Source: Rotaria socialis (Eukaryota). From it: DNA of 64,000 nt. The DNA lies in the NCBI GenBank assembly GCA_905331295.1, contig CAJNYD010000225.1, positions 62,001 through 126,000 on the forward strand, in the 5' to 3' direction. The notes under the pieces are model-generated. The model was given only the letters and a program-made list of their open reading frames with translations. It had not been told where the DNA came from and did not search any database. This document shows, one piece after another, positions 11,695-26,000 of the stretch (position 1 is the first letter of the stretch; the number at the start of each line of letters is the position of its first letter). The translations under genes and the position numbers were made by a program.

Positions 11695-13787
11695 GAACGT
11701 GCTTTCATGTTAAATGCTATTGATTTCTGTAATGAATTTTGCTAATAAAGAAAAGCAAATGCACATTCTATGCACAGAACAAAAATATATTCATAAAGTT
11801 AAATTATGATAGAGTCCCATTCGACAAATGTAATATTTCCTTGAGATTGACATGGGTTCGAAGAAAAAATAAGCAAATTCGTGCTAGTAGCTATTTGAAA
11901 ATCTTCTCACTAAAATTATAAATATTTTATTTTTCATGTACTCTCTCAGTAGTATCTTGATTACAAGACAACTAACTATCGATATGCCAATGCCACATGG
12001 TCATGAATACGTTTTCTTTTTATTCATAGGGTACTTGGAAATTCTCTGCAAGAAATCGATAGAGTATTGGTGCCATGAAATTTTATCATTCATAATTTCA
12101 CCTTCTTTTGGTGATGAAGTCTAATAAAACAAAATTGAATCTAGAGTTTTATAGTCTAGGAAAAGCATTATGTTTTTCACTTTTGACAGAAAAACTTTCA
12201 CATTGACACTTAGCTAAATGATGATGTGGATGGAAAAAATACGATTTTAGATGGTTGGACATCGACAGGATGATCATTTTGTCACGAATCGATGGGCTTA
12301 TTTCGAAAATGTCTGTCAGTATATCTGTTACAGATATAAATGCAAAGGCTGTTTCGAAAAGAATCATTGATTTTTTTTATCAATATTCGAAAAAACGACA
12401 CTTTTTTGTACGGCAAAGTAACCATGAAAATTGTTTTCGTCTACATCACTTGACACTTTTATAAAAATTGAATCAGTTGCAATCAAAATTTCTAACAAGT
12501 ACCACAATACAATTGAAGTGATTTTAGTTTGGAAGACTGAAACAGTTTCGATATTTTCGATCTAGTCGAGTAAATTATTTCAAAATCGTTACCGTTGCTG
12601 TTACATTAACAATTAGAATCAAGAGACAACGACGAGGAATGATTCATCACTTCAACTGTAACATAATAATTTCGACAGAATAAAACGAAAATAGTTGCTT
12701 GTTTACCCATCTGTGTTTTTTCAAATATTTTGACTAATGAATTTTTTTCCGAGCATTAAATATTCGAAGTGTGTATTGAGTGTTGATCATTTGTGTTTAT
12801 CAATATTGTCCGCTCATTTCAACGGTACCATCGATGACTAGAAAATACTATATAAATATAGATATTTCACTTTGTCATTTTGATTAGATCGATAATTTCG
12901 TTCTTCTTGAGCAATGCATTCATAATATGTAGTTTTATTTTGAATATGATTTATTAAATAATAAAATAAATCAGGATTATGATGAAGATAGGGTTTATTT
13001 GTTTATTGATGTTATATAAATAAAATATGTTACTGTCTTCATACGATTAACACATAGTCAAATTCATTCATTCGTACAAAATTCTCTTTATGATGACATG
13101 AAATAAAGTATGAACTGCATTTGAAATGAATTCGCATACAATGATCGAATTAAAAGTCAACGAAACGTAGGGTCAATATAAACGTGGTTTCCCGCAATAT
13201 AGTAACGTATACTCATGTATGGATTATTCAAGAAAATTATAGCGCAAGAAAAAACCATAATTTTAGGTCTTTTTTTCTGGTATTAAATATCACTTAGGAG
13301 TTGAAATAAATCAAACAATGGAAGAAAAACTCATTCAATGGGTATTTCTTACTATTCTTAGTCATTTTAATGGCTAGGAATGAATTTTTCATCTTGTATT
13401 GAATGAAATTGAACGGTTACTATCAAATCTTATAAAAACAAACCAATACAAAGTCGATGGGAAATTCTTCTAAATATTCATAGAATAATTTTTGTGTATA
13501 AACCAAATGATTTTAATTCTGCAAGTCACAATCATTTGAATATAGTACTTCTTGTTTTATTATGTCAAAAAAAAGAACTCTTTGAAAAATAAGGTTTAGC
13601 TGCATGGCGGTCATCAGTTGCCGGAAACGAAATACAAATAAGATGCACGGTCACGAGAAACAAGTACATATCACAAGTGTGCGAATGAAAACGAGCGAGA
13701 GAAAAAAAACATTTTTTTTAGCTTTCATGAAAGACAAAGATTGAAAGAATAAACGAAATTTTCATTCTTTGTTTATTGGAAAATAAT

Positions 13788-14807
13788 TTATGCATATTTG
13801 TAACATTGAATACACGCATATATCGGTATAGCGAAAAAAGCAATCGCAAGAACGATTGGAATTGCTATAGCAATAAGAGCAATAAGTACAGCTAGTACAA
13901 TTGGCGTAAGAAGAATAACACCGATAAATATTGAACCACGTACTAGCCAACGTAATAGTGGATGATTTGGCCAAAGTTTATATTTACAGCCGAATAATGA
14001 ATATTTAGCATCATGTCCAATAGAAGAAGGCAATCTCATTGTACCTCCACAACGGTAACAAAATTTCGTATTACATTTTGTACATGCCATATGATCGCAT
14101 CCATCAATTTTTTCGATATATATTGAACAATTAGGACAGCGTTGAGCATTACGTTGTTGATTATCCGAACGACGTATTCGAGCCCACATATCAAGTACTG
14201 TATGACTATTTTTATATTTCCTACATGTTATACCGGGATGTGATGGTGCATAACATGGCCAACACCATTCCTTACTGCATTGTTCACAGCATATCCATTC
14301 TGTTGATGCACCACGTGACTTCTCTCGATTAATTATGGGATGGTCTTCATCTAGTATGGTTATAAAATTGCAATGTGGACATAATTTTATAAAATTATTT
14401 GAGTTTTCGGATAAATCTCGAGCTAAAATTTCTTGATAACGTTCACGTACTGTTACTGGTATTTCACTATTATATAGTATTGTCGATGAGTTTATATGTT
14501 CTGAACAAGTTGGACACTCAATTTTTGCCGTTCCACTACGAATATTTGTAACTGTATGAGTTACAAAACATGATAAACAAATTTTTGTTCCACAACAGGA
14601 CATCTGTTTTATTTGATTCGTTTGAATTCCATTACAACATATGGGACACTCAGTTAGATCTGTAAGATGAATTGAATTTTCACGAAAATTCGCAGTTGTT
14701 ATGTGGCTAGAAATAAATAAAAAAATTCAATTTTCTTGTTCACAGAAAAAACAAATTTTTGATCTGTTCGATATGGCTACTTACTTTGTAACATTTACTT
14801 TAGTCAT
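13788..14807 (-). CDS. RBR (RING-IBR-RING) E3 ubiquitin ligase with C-terminal TM, RNF217/RNF144-like; exons 14807-14785 and 14706-13788
   Basis: RING1 CPICC...CCGTKICLSC...CPTC, IBR CPHC...CCEQC...CWPC...H...C, RING2 CPNC..IEKIDGCDHMACTKC..FCYRC with the catalytic Cys, and a long hydrophobic tail. A small first exon MTKVNVT(N) with a phase-2 gtaagt donor restores RING1. Confidence 0.88.
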
Positions 14808-17800
14808 TCTAAAATAAATGGTATGCTCACGAATGTTTTAGTTTCTTTCAAGAGTTGCTTTTTTTCTCGAGTAGAATGAAAAACCCAACATAATACAAAT
14901 GTTGCCCCCTTTTGTATTCTGTGAATAAAACAAAGAGTGAGTGAACCACATGTCACTGTTTTCGTTTCCTCTTTTACCAATAAGAAAATGAGATCTGTCA
15001 TCAACGTCATTCTATATGACCGCATATATATTGAAAATGTGAAACAAAAGAAAACAGAAAAGATCGTGTTTCAAGAATTTTTCTCTGACAGTAGAAGCTT
15101 CAAAAATAATTTATTAAATAACAAAGACATTCTATAACTGAAAAAAAATAATCTGATACCTAGTAATGATTAAAAATAATTTAAAAATCTTGTCAACAGT
15201 TAGTTACTTCCTTAAATCCGAATTATCACTATTTGAAATTTCTGCAAGACAGAAGTAGAACCAAAAATCTTAATTTTAGTTGTCTTGCCTTACTTATTAT
15301 TCTATACACTAGCTAATAATTCTATTGAAATAGTTAACGTAATTTTTAAGTTATTCAATTTTGATCAAGTACTAAACGAGAAATATATGCGTGAATTATA
15401 AAAAATTGTCGCAGTCGACCAAATCATTAAAAATGAGAACAATATTCATGTGAGATTTCAGTCAAACTGAATTGATCAGCTTTACAATACAATAGTTAAC
15501 TCACTTTCCAGTTTGCTTTGAGTTCAAAAACATCGATGCTAATACAATTTGAATTTAGTCTATGAAAAATAAATCAAAATCATCTGTATAAATCACTGCA
15601 TTTTTCTACGAATTCACATATCTGCTGCACAAATTACTGTTTTTTCTTCTTATATCATGAACATTGTATTGTTATTATAATGAGATAAAATGATTATTCT
15701 CAGACTTCAATCTCCTTTTTTCTTATCCAATTAAATGAAATTCAGATGTGGTCTTGAATATGAGCCAATTCAAACAAAAAAAAAGTAGCCGTAAGTTTTA
15801 TTTGACTTTGAATACTGTAAAACAAAAACTACAAATGTGCTTAGCACTTTTCTTGGTTATATTAAAAAAGAACAGTAAAAATTTTGTACAGAAAAAATAG
15901 AAAGATTCTTGCTGTTGTAGTTCGAGTTAGATAATTATTTTACTTTACCCTCTATTCATAGATGTTTTTGTTCGGATTTATGAAATATTCACTTCATCCA
16001 TGTCCAGAGATATTGATGAATCAAACATATACACTGATCTTAGCAATTCATGGCAAGTTGGTTAAAATTTAGAGGCATAATTGATTTTATAGTGAATTTT
16101 GCTAGAAGTATTTCCGTTTCTGTAACGCCGATGAGAAAGTCACGTTTACAAATATCGATTTTGTTCTGATTGACTTTCAGCTTAGGCTACCTGTAAGAAG
16201 AAAAAAAAGAAAAAAAATACGACGATAATTACAAAAGAGAGAGGAAGTAGTAGTAATGATCATTTAATTTATTTCAAAAAAAATAACAAAATCTAAAAAA
16301 TAGGAAAAAAATGGTTTTTTATTTTAATGGACTGTCTATCAATGTGATTGTCTCGATGATGACGAAAGTTGATGGCAAACAGTCATGAAGAAAGAAGAAT
16401 GCGAGAGCGAAGAAAAATGACTGCAACACCGATAAGTCAAAGCACATGCTTACTACATTTATATTTACGTATTTTGCGTGCTGACATGCCTGATTACTAC
16501 CTTTTGAAACATCTGTCAGAGTACTGAAGGTGAGTGAAAAGAAAAATTTTCGTTTGCTATGCAATGCAACAACATGAGAAACGAACATCGTTTGAAAAGA
16601 TGTCATCATTTGACATAACAAGAAAGTGATGACACATCATCGATCAAGCAAACTCGAGGATTTTCATATTTATCCATAAGAAATAGAATATTTTACACGA
16701 ATTAATATCATACTTTCTTTGCAATGATTGAAATTAAACATAAAGTATATACATAGTTATGTAGGTGTCAGCGTGAACCAATAGATCAGGGTTACTTTGA
16801 CTCTTATCAAGTATTTGTCATATATTTTCTACTTGAAATCATTTATACTATGGTAGCTTAAATATCCATCAAACGAAATGAGATCATTTGTCAATCACAT
16901 AATTATTTATTGAAAAATTATTTTTATTTTCAACATAATTTTTGTGTCTAATTGAAATAGGTATATAATTACGTTATTTCTCTTTCTCTTTTTCAAATAA
17001 ATCTAACATAATGATAATATGTTAGATTTCAATAAATTGTGATGACCGTAGAAAAAAAGTATTAATAAAATAAATGAAACAGATAGATACCCTTTCGCAA
17101 TATCGTTTGATTTTCTGATTATTATTGATAAAATCGACTAAAAATAATAATGAGATCACCATTAATTAAATATTATATTCTATGGAGAATTGATTGTTTC
17201 ATTGTCTACTACAGTAAATCTAACGAACATTGACGATTCAATCAAACAGTTGAAGAAAGAAAACAACATAGTTCAGCAGTAAAACAACACAATATTTAAG
17301 ACTAAGTGACAACATTGATGTTATCGCATGCAGAATCCACAAGGACAAATCATAGATTTTGTCACTGTAGATCATAATTATTCAGCATTATTCTTTCTGT
17401 ATTCAATCGTATATTTTTCTTACAAGCAACAATTGTCGATGACACATATAAACATGTAAGAATATATAATTGATTGTCATTCGCCCAAGCACTGACACAG
17501 AGACAAAGCACATTCTATATTATTCAGCCTGCAATTTTTCTATGTCCTGAATCTTAGCATAGAGTAAGATTGGCTAATTCATTTTAGTTTTCTTTTAGGA
17601 AAATAAGAATAGTGAAAAAGAATGACAACGTGCATTTTAAAGTTTTTAATATTGTAATGAAGAAAAAAATTAAAGATTTATTATGATAAAATTAAATTGT
17701 AGCAGTTCACTATTAATATGTATTGAGGTAACAGCAAGGCATCAGGGAAAAATAGAAAAATAAATATGTATTTGCCGATAGTTTTCAAGTATCTATCGTC

Positions 17801-19282
17801 TGTATGAGTTAGTTGTCATTCTCTCTCTTGAAAATCGTTTAATACGAGATTGAATGTTTACTTGAATCCATATCGTATCTATTTATTTATCTCTTTACTA
17901 TGACGACGTTCGAGGCTTGTCACAATGCCGTGTTTGTATGCTCGAAGATCTTCTTCATCTAATTCTTCACTATTTTATGTGTTCTGCACAACAAAAAAGA
18001 ACGACTAATAGCAATGACATATAGAAAAGAGAATTAAATAGACTAGAATGTGTTCTTCAAGCGTTTGTCTTCGTGTTTTCTCGCTTGCTTGTTCGGTCGC
18101 TTACATACATAGCTGCACAGGCACAGCATAGAGAGAAGACACAATGAATTAGAACAAAAAAAATCCAAGTGATCTGAAAATCATCATCGTCGCCTTCGTT
18201 GCTTGTCGTGCAGAAAGAGCGCAAATGCAAGTCAACGTGCTACCGTTCTGGCATAGCTAGGAATACTCTTTGCATCATCATCATCACCATCATCATCATC
18301 ATGCATCGCTGTTACTTCGTTTCGTTGTCGTCAACAACGACGTTGTAGTCGTCATCATTCTTGTGCTTCTTGCAGTGCGTTTTCTATGTAATAAATTATG
18401 GAAGCGACATGAAGAAAAGATAAAAGAGAACAGAAAAAGAAGGAAAATAGGGAAAAAAAGAATGAAGGAAGTTTCTGTATGTTGTTGCTTTTTCTATTAG
18501 TTGGTTTGGCACTATTTCCAAAAAAAAAAATAAAACAGCCGACTGTTCCTCCCCGTTCCGTGTATGTGTGCGTGTGTGTCAGGTCCTCCGCTCTCACTCG
18601 TTCTTTCTCAAACGATCGTTATTCTTCTGTGTGTCTCATTTTGACTGACTTTGTTCTACTGCTACTACAAAACATTTGAACTCAAATGTATATGCATAGG
18701 TAGATAAACTTATACAGGCGTTTATAGATAAATAAATAAATAAATATATATCAATATATCATTCATCAAGACAAAAAAATCGGTGGCATACCACTTAACT
18801 CTTTCTTTTTGTTTCTCTCATGGGTTACAGATTCTAATGGTATAGGCTCATGTCGTTGTGTCCCATCGAATTTGGTCAATTCCGCAGCGTCGATTTCCCG
18901 TTTGTCTTGCTGCAACTCCTTGTTATCTGTGATGTATGTCGCCTCTACTCTAATCTCTGTGATCATTTCAACAATACTGCGTCAACATCACCGGTCGTGA
19001 ACGTTGTTCAATGCTATTAGCCCCTACAAACGTACAATAAAGTTATTCTTACCGTGGTTGAACTCAATTTCTGCCATTCATCTATTTACTCATACTCTGC
19101 AACCATTTCGGGCAATTACTTCTAGGCTACAACAGTGTTGTTTACTTATAACAGGACAACAACAAAATAAACGAAGACTGAATAAAAAAAAAAGAACGGT
19201 GAAGCACTAAATATTTAATATCGCACGCGCAGTCTCGCCGGAAATCTGATGCTGGCCGAGTCGGTGCGTTGATGATGCGAGT

Positions 19283-22200
19283 ATGAAAAAACAAAACGTT
19301 CGTACTTTAACACTTATTGTTTCGACATTCAGGTTTGTCTGCGAAGAATTTTGATTAGCTTGAATAGGAAATTTCATTGACAATTTTTTGCTTTCAGCTA
19401 TCTGCTCGTTGGTGCGGCTATATTTGACGCGCTCGAATCTAATACAGAAGATTTGTTGCGCAAGCAGTATCAGTTGGCTGAAGCGAGCATGCTCGGTACA
19501 TATAATATATCCCACAATGAATACATTGAACTAGAAGACATCGTTATCAAATATCAACCGCATAAAGCTGGTGCACAATGGAAATTTCCGGGAGCATTCT
19601 ATTTTTCTCTAACGGTTATAACAACTATCGGTAAGATATATTAATCGGTATATATTTTGTTTTGTTTTGTATTTTTATTATTTGATATTTTGACAAGGTC
19701 ATTGTTACTTTGATGTACAATATTAGTAATTTTTCCTTTTGTTTGCTGTTTCTATAAATGTTTAAATATTTGATTGAATAGGTTTTTTACCGAACGTAAA
19801 AGAAGATGCAATAGGCACTCGTTGTGTGTCAATTAAAAGAACCTACAATTCTATCATATTTTATTTTTTTAACGGCTGAAGAAAATATATTTCTCTCTTA
19901 CCTTAGACTGAGATAATTTAGACTTAACCACCGAAAGTAATCAATTTCTTACTTAATCACACAAAAAGGAATGTATTTTGTTGCCATCGAAGAAAATAAT
20001 TTCATCAATTTTCTTACGTTACTTTCATCGTAGTCTACTTCATTATCCTATAAAACATTTTCCGAAAATTGTCAAATGTAAGTATTCAACCCTTTTCTTT
20101 TCCAAAGATTTTAATATTCGAATTCTGTTCATTTATGGGTCTAATTAATTAGGAAATTCTTTGTCACTAGTGAAGCTAAAATACAAAAAAAATTACGAGA
20201 AATATTTTGAAAAACGAATTCGAAGGACATCCATTAATCTTTATTGTATGTAGATGCAGTAGAAAGTGTTTACTCGTCTATTTTTTGTGACTTACACTAG
20301 TCAAATATCAATATATTATATCGCACTTGCGTTGCCAATAACGTTCAACTCATGAAACTCTGTTTAATGTAACCTATTTCAAAGATTACTTGGTAGTAGA
20401 TAGAAGACCAGTTGAGAAAAACAATTGTCAAAGTATAATGATAGAATGTTGTTAGCATTGCGAATGACGTCAATCAATGTAATGAATGAATACTTGATAG
20501 AATGCACCCATAGACAAATATATCCATATACATACGCCAAGGTAATGACATATAGATGAAACAGAAATCGTTCGTCTGATTAATCCATTATTAGTTATTT
20601 TTAGTTATAACATTCTGACAAACATTTGTAGTAAAAAACAGCCTTTGGGTAATCTACATAAACTCTTTTTGTTTTGTATTTCTATTATGATTTATATGAT
20701 TGTTAGTGAAACTATATTAAAAGTCATAAGAACCGAATGAGATATAAAATAGCTATTAATAGAACTTAAATAGAAAAGGTCAATGTAATGAATACGTATG
20801 CATTTATTTATATAAAACCTGCTATTTAGTTCTCTCACGCTAATATTTGACATTTTACGAGCACATTGATAATTTTCTTTGACATTTATTAGATGTATCA
20901 AGCTTTAAGAAAAACATAAGCAATGAAAATGAGAATAAATATAGCCCAAAAATAAAAAGTAAGACACGTAACAGTAGACAGCATTCATTCTACTGTCTTT
21001 CTTTGTTTTTGAATTTAAATATATAAATTCTTTTTAACGCGATGTCTAAATGAAAATTTGTTGCAAAGAAAAATTTACACTACATATTTACTATTAGAAA
21101 ATATACTCAATCTATAAGAGAAAAAAAAACATTTTCATTATAACACAAAGCTCTTGAGTTATGTGCCATTCCGAATAAAAACAACAATTATACAATTAGC
21201 TTTGAGATTCTCTCGAATAAATCTCTGTTCTTGTTATGGTATACTTGAAGATAGAAGTTCACTTCTTAGAATTAGAATCGATCACAAAAAAACAAAATAA
21301 AATGAAAAGATGAATAAAGTTTTTTTTTCTTTGCATATTTTAGGCTATGGCCATTCTTGTCCGACTACAAGTAAGTTTAATAATAGTGATTTGTTTAGCA
21401 TTAAAAGTGAAACAAAACCTATTATTTCAGTTTGGGGAAAATTCTTTTGTATGTTATACGCTGTTATTGGTATTCCGCTTTGTCTAGTTATGTTTCAATC
21501 TGTTGGTGAACGTCTAAATAATTTTGCTAGTTGGTGTATTAAATCAATAAAAAAATGTATTAAACTACGTCATTATGAATCAACACAAACTGAACTTGTT
21601 ATTGTTGGAACCGTTTTAGCAGTTGGTGTCGTTACAGGCGGTGCCGCTATGTTTCATCATTATGAATCATGGGGTTATTTTAATTGTGTTTATTATTGTT
21701 TTATAACATTAACAACTATAGGTGAGCTAAACCAAATTTATTGAATGATTTATTTATCTTAAATATACATATGTATATATGTGTCTCTCTCCATCTCTCT
21801 CTCTATATATATATATTAGGTTTTGGTGATTTTGTTGCTTTACAAACAAATGAAGCATTAAATACGAATGCCTTTTATGTTGTTTTATCGATGACATTTA
21901 TTCTGTTTGGTTTAACAGTGGTTGCATCATCAATGAATTTGCTTGTTCTAAGATTTTTAACGATGAACACTGAAGATGAACGTCGTGAAGAAATACAATC
22001 AGCAGTTGCACGTAATTCACTAAGATTTGATAGCGATATTATTAGTCCAAATGGTATCGATATACGAGAGATACTAATTAGAACAAATTTTTTATTATTA
22101 TTTATTTATTTTATTTAGGTGCACTCATTCCTTCTTTAATCTCGGATCAATATGATTATTTATCAACTGAATTAACTCCATCTGAATCGGAACCATGCCA

Positions 22201-22675
22201 TTGTTGTTCATGTTTTAGACTTAGAAAAAGAGAACGTAAAAAATTTACTGTTCGACGTATGCCAGGAAAAATTGCTCATCTCGTACCAATGCAACGTTTT
22301 GATTCGATGGTAATGAAACAAGTTTTATCAGAATCCAAACCGTCCAATGCTGATTATTATCGACAGTCACTAATTAAATTAACATCGTTTCCAACAACAT
22401 CGGGACACGGAATTAAAACATCATTCAATGATTCTGCAATGAATGATTGGCCACCACCACCTTCCTTTTCTTCTTCTTGTCATCTTCGTGTTCGTACATC
22501 CACGTCAAATAATTCTTTAAAATTACCTTATGAACAAGCAAACAGTGTGAATAATAATGTTCGTGGCAAAGCTATTTCTCAAACGAGATTACAAACTAAT
22601 GTGTCTCATTTTCAGCGAAATACTGAATTAATTCCAATTCGACGTGATGTCAATGTCAAACGATCTTCCGTGTGA
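19283..22675 (+). CDS. TASK-type two-pore-domain potassium channel (KCNK3/KCNK9-like); exons about 19283-19332, 19398-19630, 21344-21370, 21431-21721, 21820-22053, 22119-22675
   Basis: MKKQNVRTLTLIV start, QWKFPGAFYF, pore 1 TTIGYGH, pore 2 TTIGFGD, X-gate VLRFLT and C-terminal KRSSV. Confidence 0.93.
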
Positions 22676-23045
22676 TCTATTCGTTTGAATGAAATGAATT
22701 TCGATCGTTTCTATTTACTTTCGTTTGCCTTTTTTTCTTTTGTTTAAAACGAAAACCTCTTTCTGTCTCATTGTCTCTTTTTTCTAATTTATTTTTCTGG
22801 TCTTTTGATTTGTATGTTCTCTCATTATGTAAAATGAACATATTTTTGTTTCATTTTCATTATCATTGAAGAAGAAAATAGAATTACATATAAACACATA
22901 TAGAAATAAGAACATCGAGAAAAGAAGCAAATGAATATTAAACATAAAAAGAAAATAACATAAGAAATTCAGACATATAATTTTGTTCGCTTATCTGACA
23001 AATCTAACATAAGTTAAATATTTGCATAATAAAAGCTAAGAATGT

Positions 23046-26000
23046 CTAATTGAAATCGTCATCATCTGAAATATGATAATTCTTTTTGGCACCACCATCA
23101 CGTTGTGTACGAGCCTTAAGAATAAACATTGAACTCATTGAAAAGAAAACTAAGAACAACACATATTAAAAACATTCAATTACTTTTTTTGTTGTATTAG
23201 GTGATGTTGAAACAATGGCAATGTCATCATCATCACTCTCCTAAAAATATCACAAACGATAAAATACTTCTGTTGCTCGTCAATTGGTCAAAACTTACAA
23301 CTACTGGTTTGGGTCGTTTTGCTGTTTTCGTCTCTTTTTTAACAGTTTCTTTCTTTGTTCCAACATCGACTTCTTTTTTAGCCTAGAATAATTCGAGTAA
23401 TAAGAAAAGTAAATATACTCAATTTTGATTTTACTCGAGGTTTTTTGGGCTTTTCGGTTTTATTTTCATTATTTGATTGTCGATTTTGCATGAGAACAGT
23501 TAATGCATTTTGTGTCTCGGGTGACTAAACATATAGAAAATTTATATTTTTTTCAACTTTATCAAGCAACAAATTATTGATACTTTTGATTTTGGTTTTG
23601 GCTTTGATTTTGGTTTTCGTTTTTCAATTTTCTTTTCCGTATCAGAATCACTACCAGCATAATCTGATGCATCATCATCATTATCGTCGTCATCCATATT
23701 TTCTTGGTTTTCATTACTATCTTCGTCACTACCATACTTAAGGACTTTTGCTTTTGCTGTACGTTTTGCATTACGTTTCGGTGATGTTTCTTCTTTGACA
23801 TTTTCAGCGTTATCTTTTCCATCAATTGAAATTATTGATGTATTGCTATTGTCATCCATGGCATCGTTCATTTTCTTTTCTTTTGTAGTTTCACTGGATT
23901 TCTTTTCTATTGAAAATCAATTTAAATATTTACTTTGTGAAAAGAAAATAATATGTTCAAACCTGTAGCATTACCGATGCGTTTTTTTTCTTTACAACGT
24001 GTTTGCATGATTTCAGTTATTTCTTGAGATGTGACACCTTCTTTCACTAGGTATTCAATAATTGATCGTTTATCAACAATAGTTTTTTCTTCCTAAATTA
24101 AAATTTATTGTTTTGTTTTCGATAAACTTTTCAATCAACTAAAAGTTAAATTAAAAATATCTAAAACATACTCGACTACGTTTCATAATTTCTTCGTTAA
24201 CTTTTTTGATAAATGCTGGATCAATAATTGGTTGAACACGTTGACCATGTGGAGCAGGTTTTGTTTCAGCCCGTTGCGGTTTAGTTGCTGGCTTTTTACG
24301 ACCTTTACCATCATTAGCAGTGGTACCGCCAACTTTTTTGGTTGTATAATGAGCTACTTCAGACATTTCATCAACGCGCTCTTTTTCCATTACCTAAATA
24401 TTAGAAAATTGATTACTGATGAGAAAACAACTTTTGCTTGCAGTATTTACTCTTCAACAATTATATTGTTTAAATAAGACTATCTCTGTCAGAAGAGCAC
24501 TTTGAAAACTGTAATGTAAAGAACACGTGCTGTTTGACGAGTACCATCCTCAAACATGAAGTGACTATTATTTACTAGAATGATTGTGGTATTCTATTTC
24601 TGTTAACTACTTTGTTCATCATGAGTTACTTCAATTAAGTTCAATTATTATTTTTATGCTTTCAGTCAGTGGCAAGAACACTACAGAAGAATCTATATGT
24701 TACTGGTGATTATAGTTCGTTGCTAAGTATTAGAGTTCGTTTGAACACGAAAGTGAACACTCATTAGCAAAAAAATACTCTTCTGTTCAATTAGGTAAAA
24801 ACTAAGAAGCGTTGGTAAAGTATTGCATACATTCTCTAAAGTGTCTCTAATATCTTTCGTTGAATATTCTAATGTTGGATAGAATTTCAAGGCATTTTTT
24901 CTCTCTAAACTTCAGTCATATTCGTAAATGAAGTAACGTTGAGAAATGGTTTTCACTTATGAATATATATCATTTGCTCATGTAATTCTTCCAGAAGTAC
25001 AATCATTCAAATTATGGTAGTCCAACACCACAATGTAATTCATAGTAGCAGGCAGATCTAATTTTTAATCTTTTCTTTATCAAGTTGATAGTTCACCTGA
25101 TCATTTTTTGCTGATCATATAGATATTAAAGTTATAACACATTCTGATTAGTTCATAGAAATCTTTAACAACAAAAATTTCCAAAGATTATCGAGAGACT
25201 ATTACACATTATCGCAGCACTGTATTAGATATTTTTTTTAAGGATCTCGCTTATTGTACTGAACAGTTACAAATACTTTTCCGATTAGTTTTAAGAGGAA
25301 AAGGAGCTTCACATAGGGTGACTTTCATGTTCTCTAACTATAGTAAAGGATGATCAATTATACATGTAATATTCTTTCGTGTAAGAGGAAAACTTGTAAT
25401 GAAAAAAATTAAATCGCTAAAAAACATGGATACGCATAGATTAAAAATGAAAACTTACTTTGTGATATTCAGCTTCAAAATTGCTAAGGTCATCATCGTA
25501 TAAATCTTCAGGACTTTTCTTTTGTAAAGCTTCAAGTTTTTCATGCTTTTCTTGTTGCTCTTTAAGAATATCATTTCGTCGCTCTTTTGTTAAATTACGC
25601 AATGACATATTAATCAAATAATCATAATAAGTTGTATCGACTTTATTTGCCGTTGCCACTGTAGTTGCTTTTGCTTTTTTACTCGTATTTTCATCGTCGT
25701 CATCTTCATCATCTTCGTCGTTGTCATCAGCATTTTGTCGCCGATCATCTGATGGATCTTGATTATCATTTGAATTATTTGCTTGAATATCAACAGCAAA
25801 CTAAATAAATGAATCGTTGAGGAAATATTAGAAACACTTTTTTTTCTAATTTACCTTTTTTTTTGCTTCTTCACGCCAAACCTTTTCTGGATCTCGATCA
25901 TATTTACGTTCAATAAGCATGTCAACGACTGCACTTATCTTTTTGTTTTCAACACTAATGAGATTTTCGATTTTTTCTTTAATAAATCGTGCTATATTAT

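Noticed and set aside
11739..12850. Cluster of 60-72 aa ORFs downstream of the DOPA-dioxygenase gene
   Set aside because: Fragmentary on both strands with no family signature; cannot be supported as genes or as pathway partners.
18270..19210. Short ORFs, including a poly-His start, upstream of the TASK channel
   Set aside because: CAT trinucleotide repeats and A/T-rich low-complexity sequence with no recognisable domain; probably a long 5' UTR or regulatory region.
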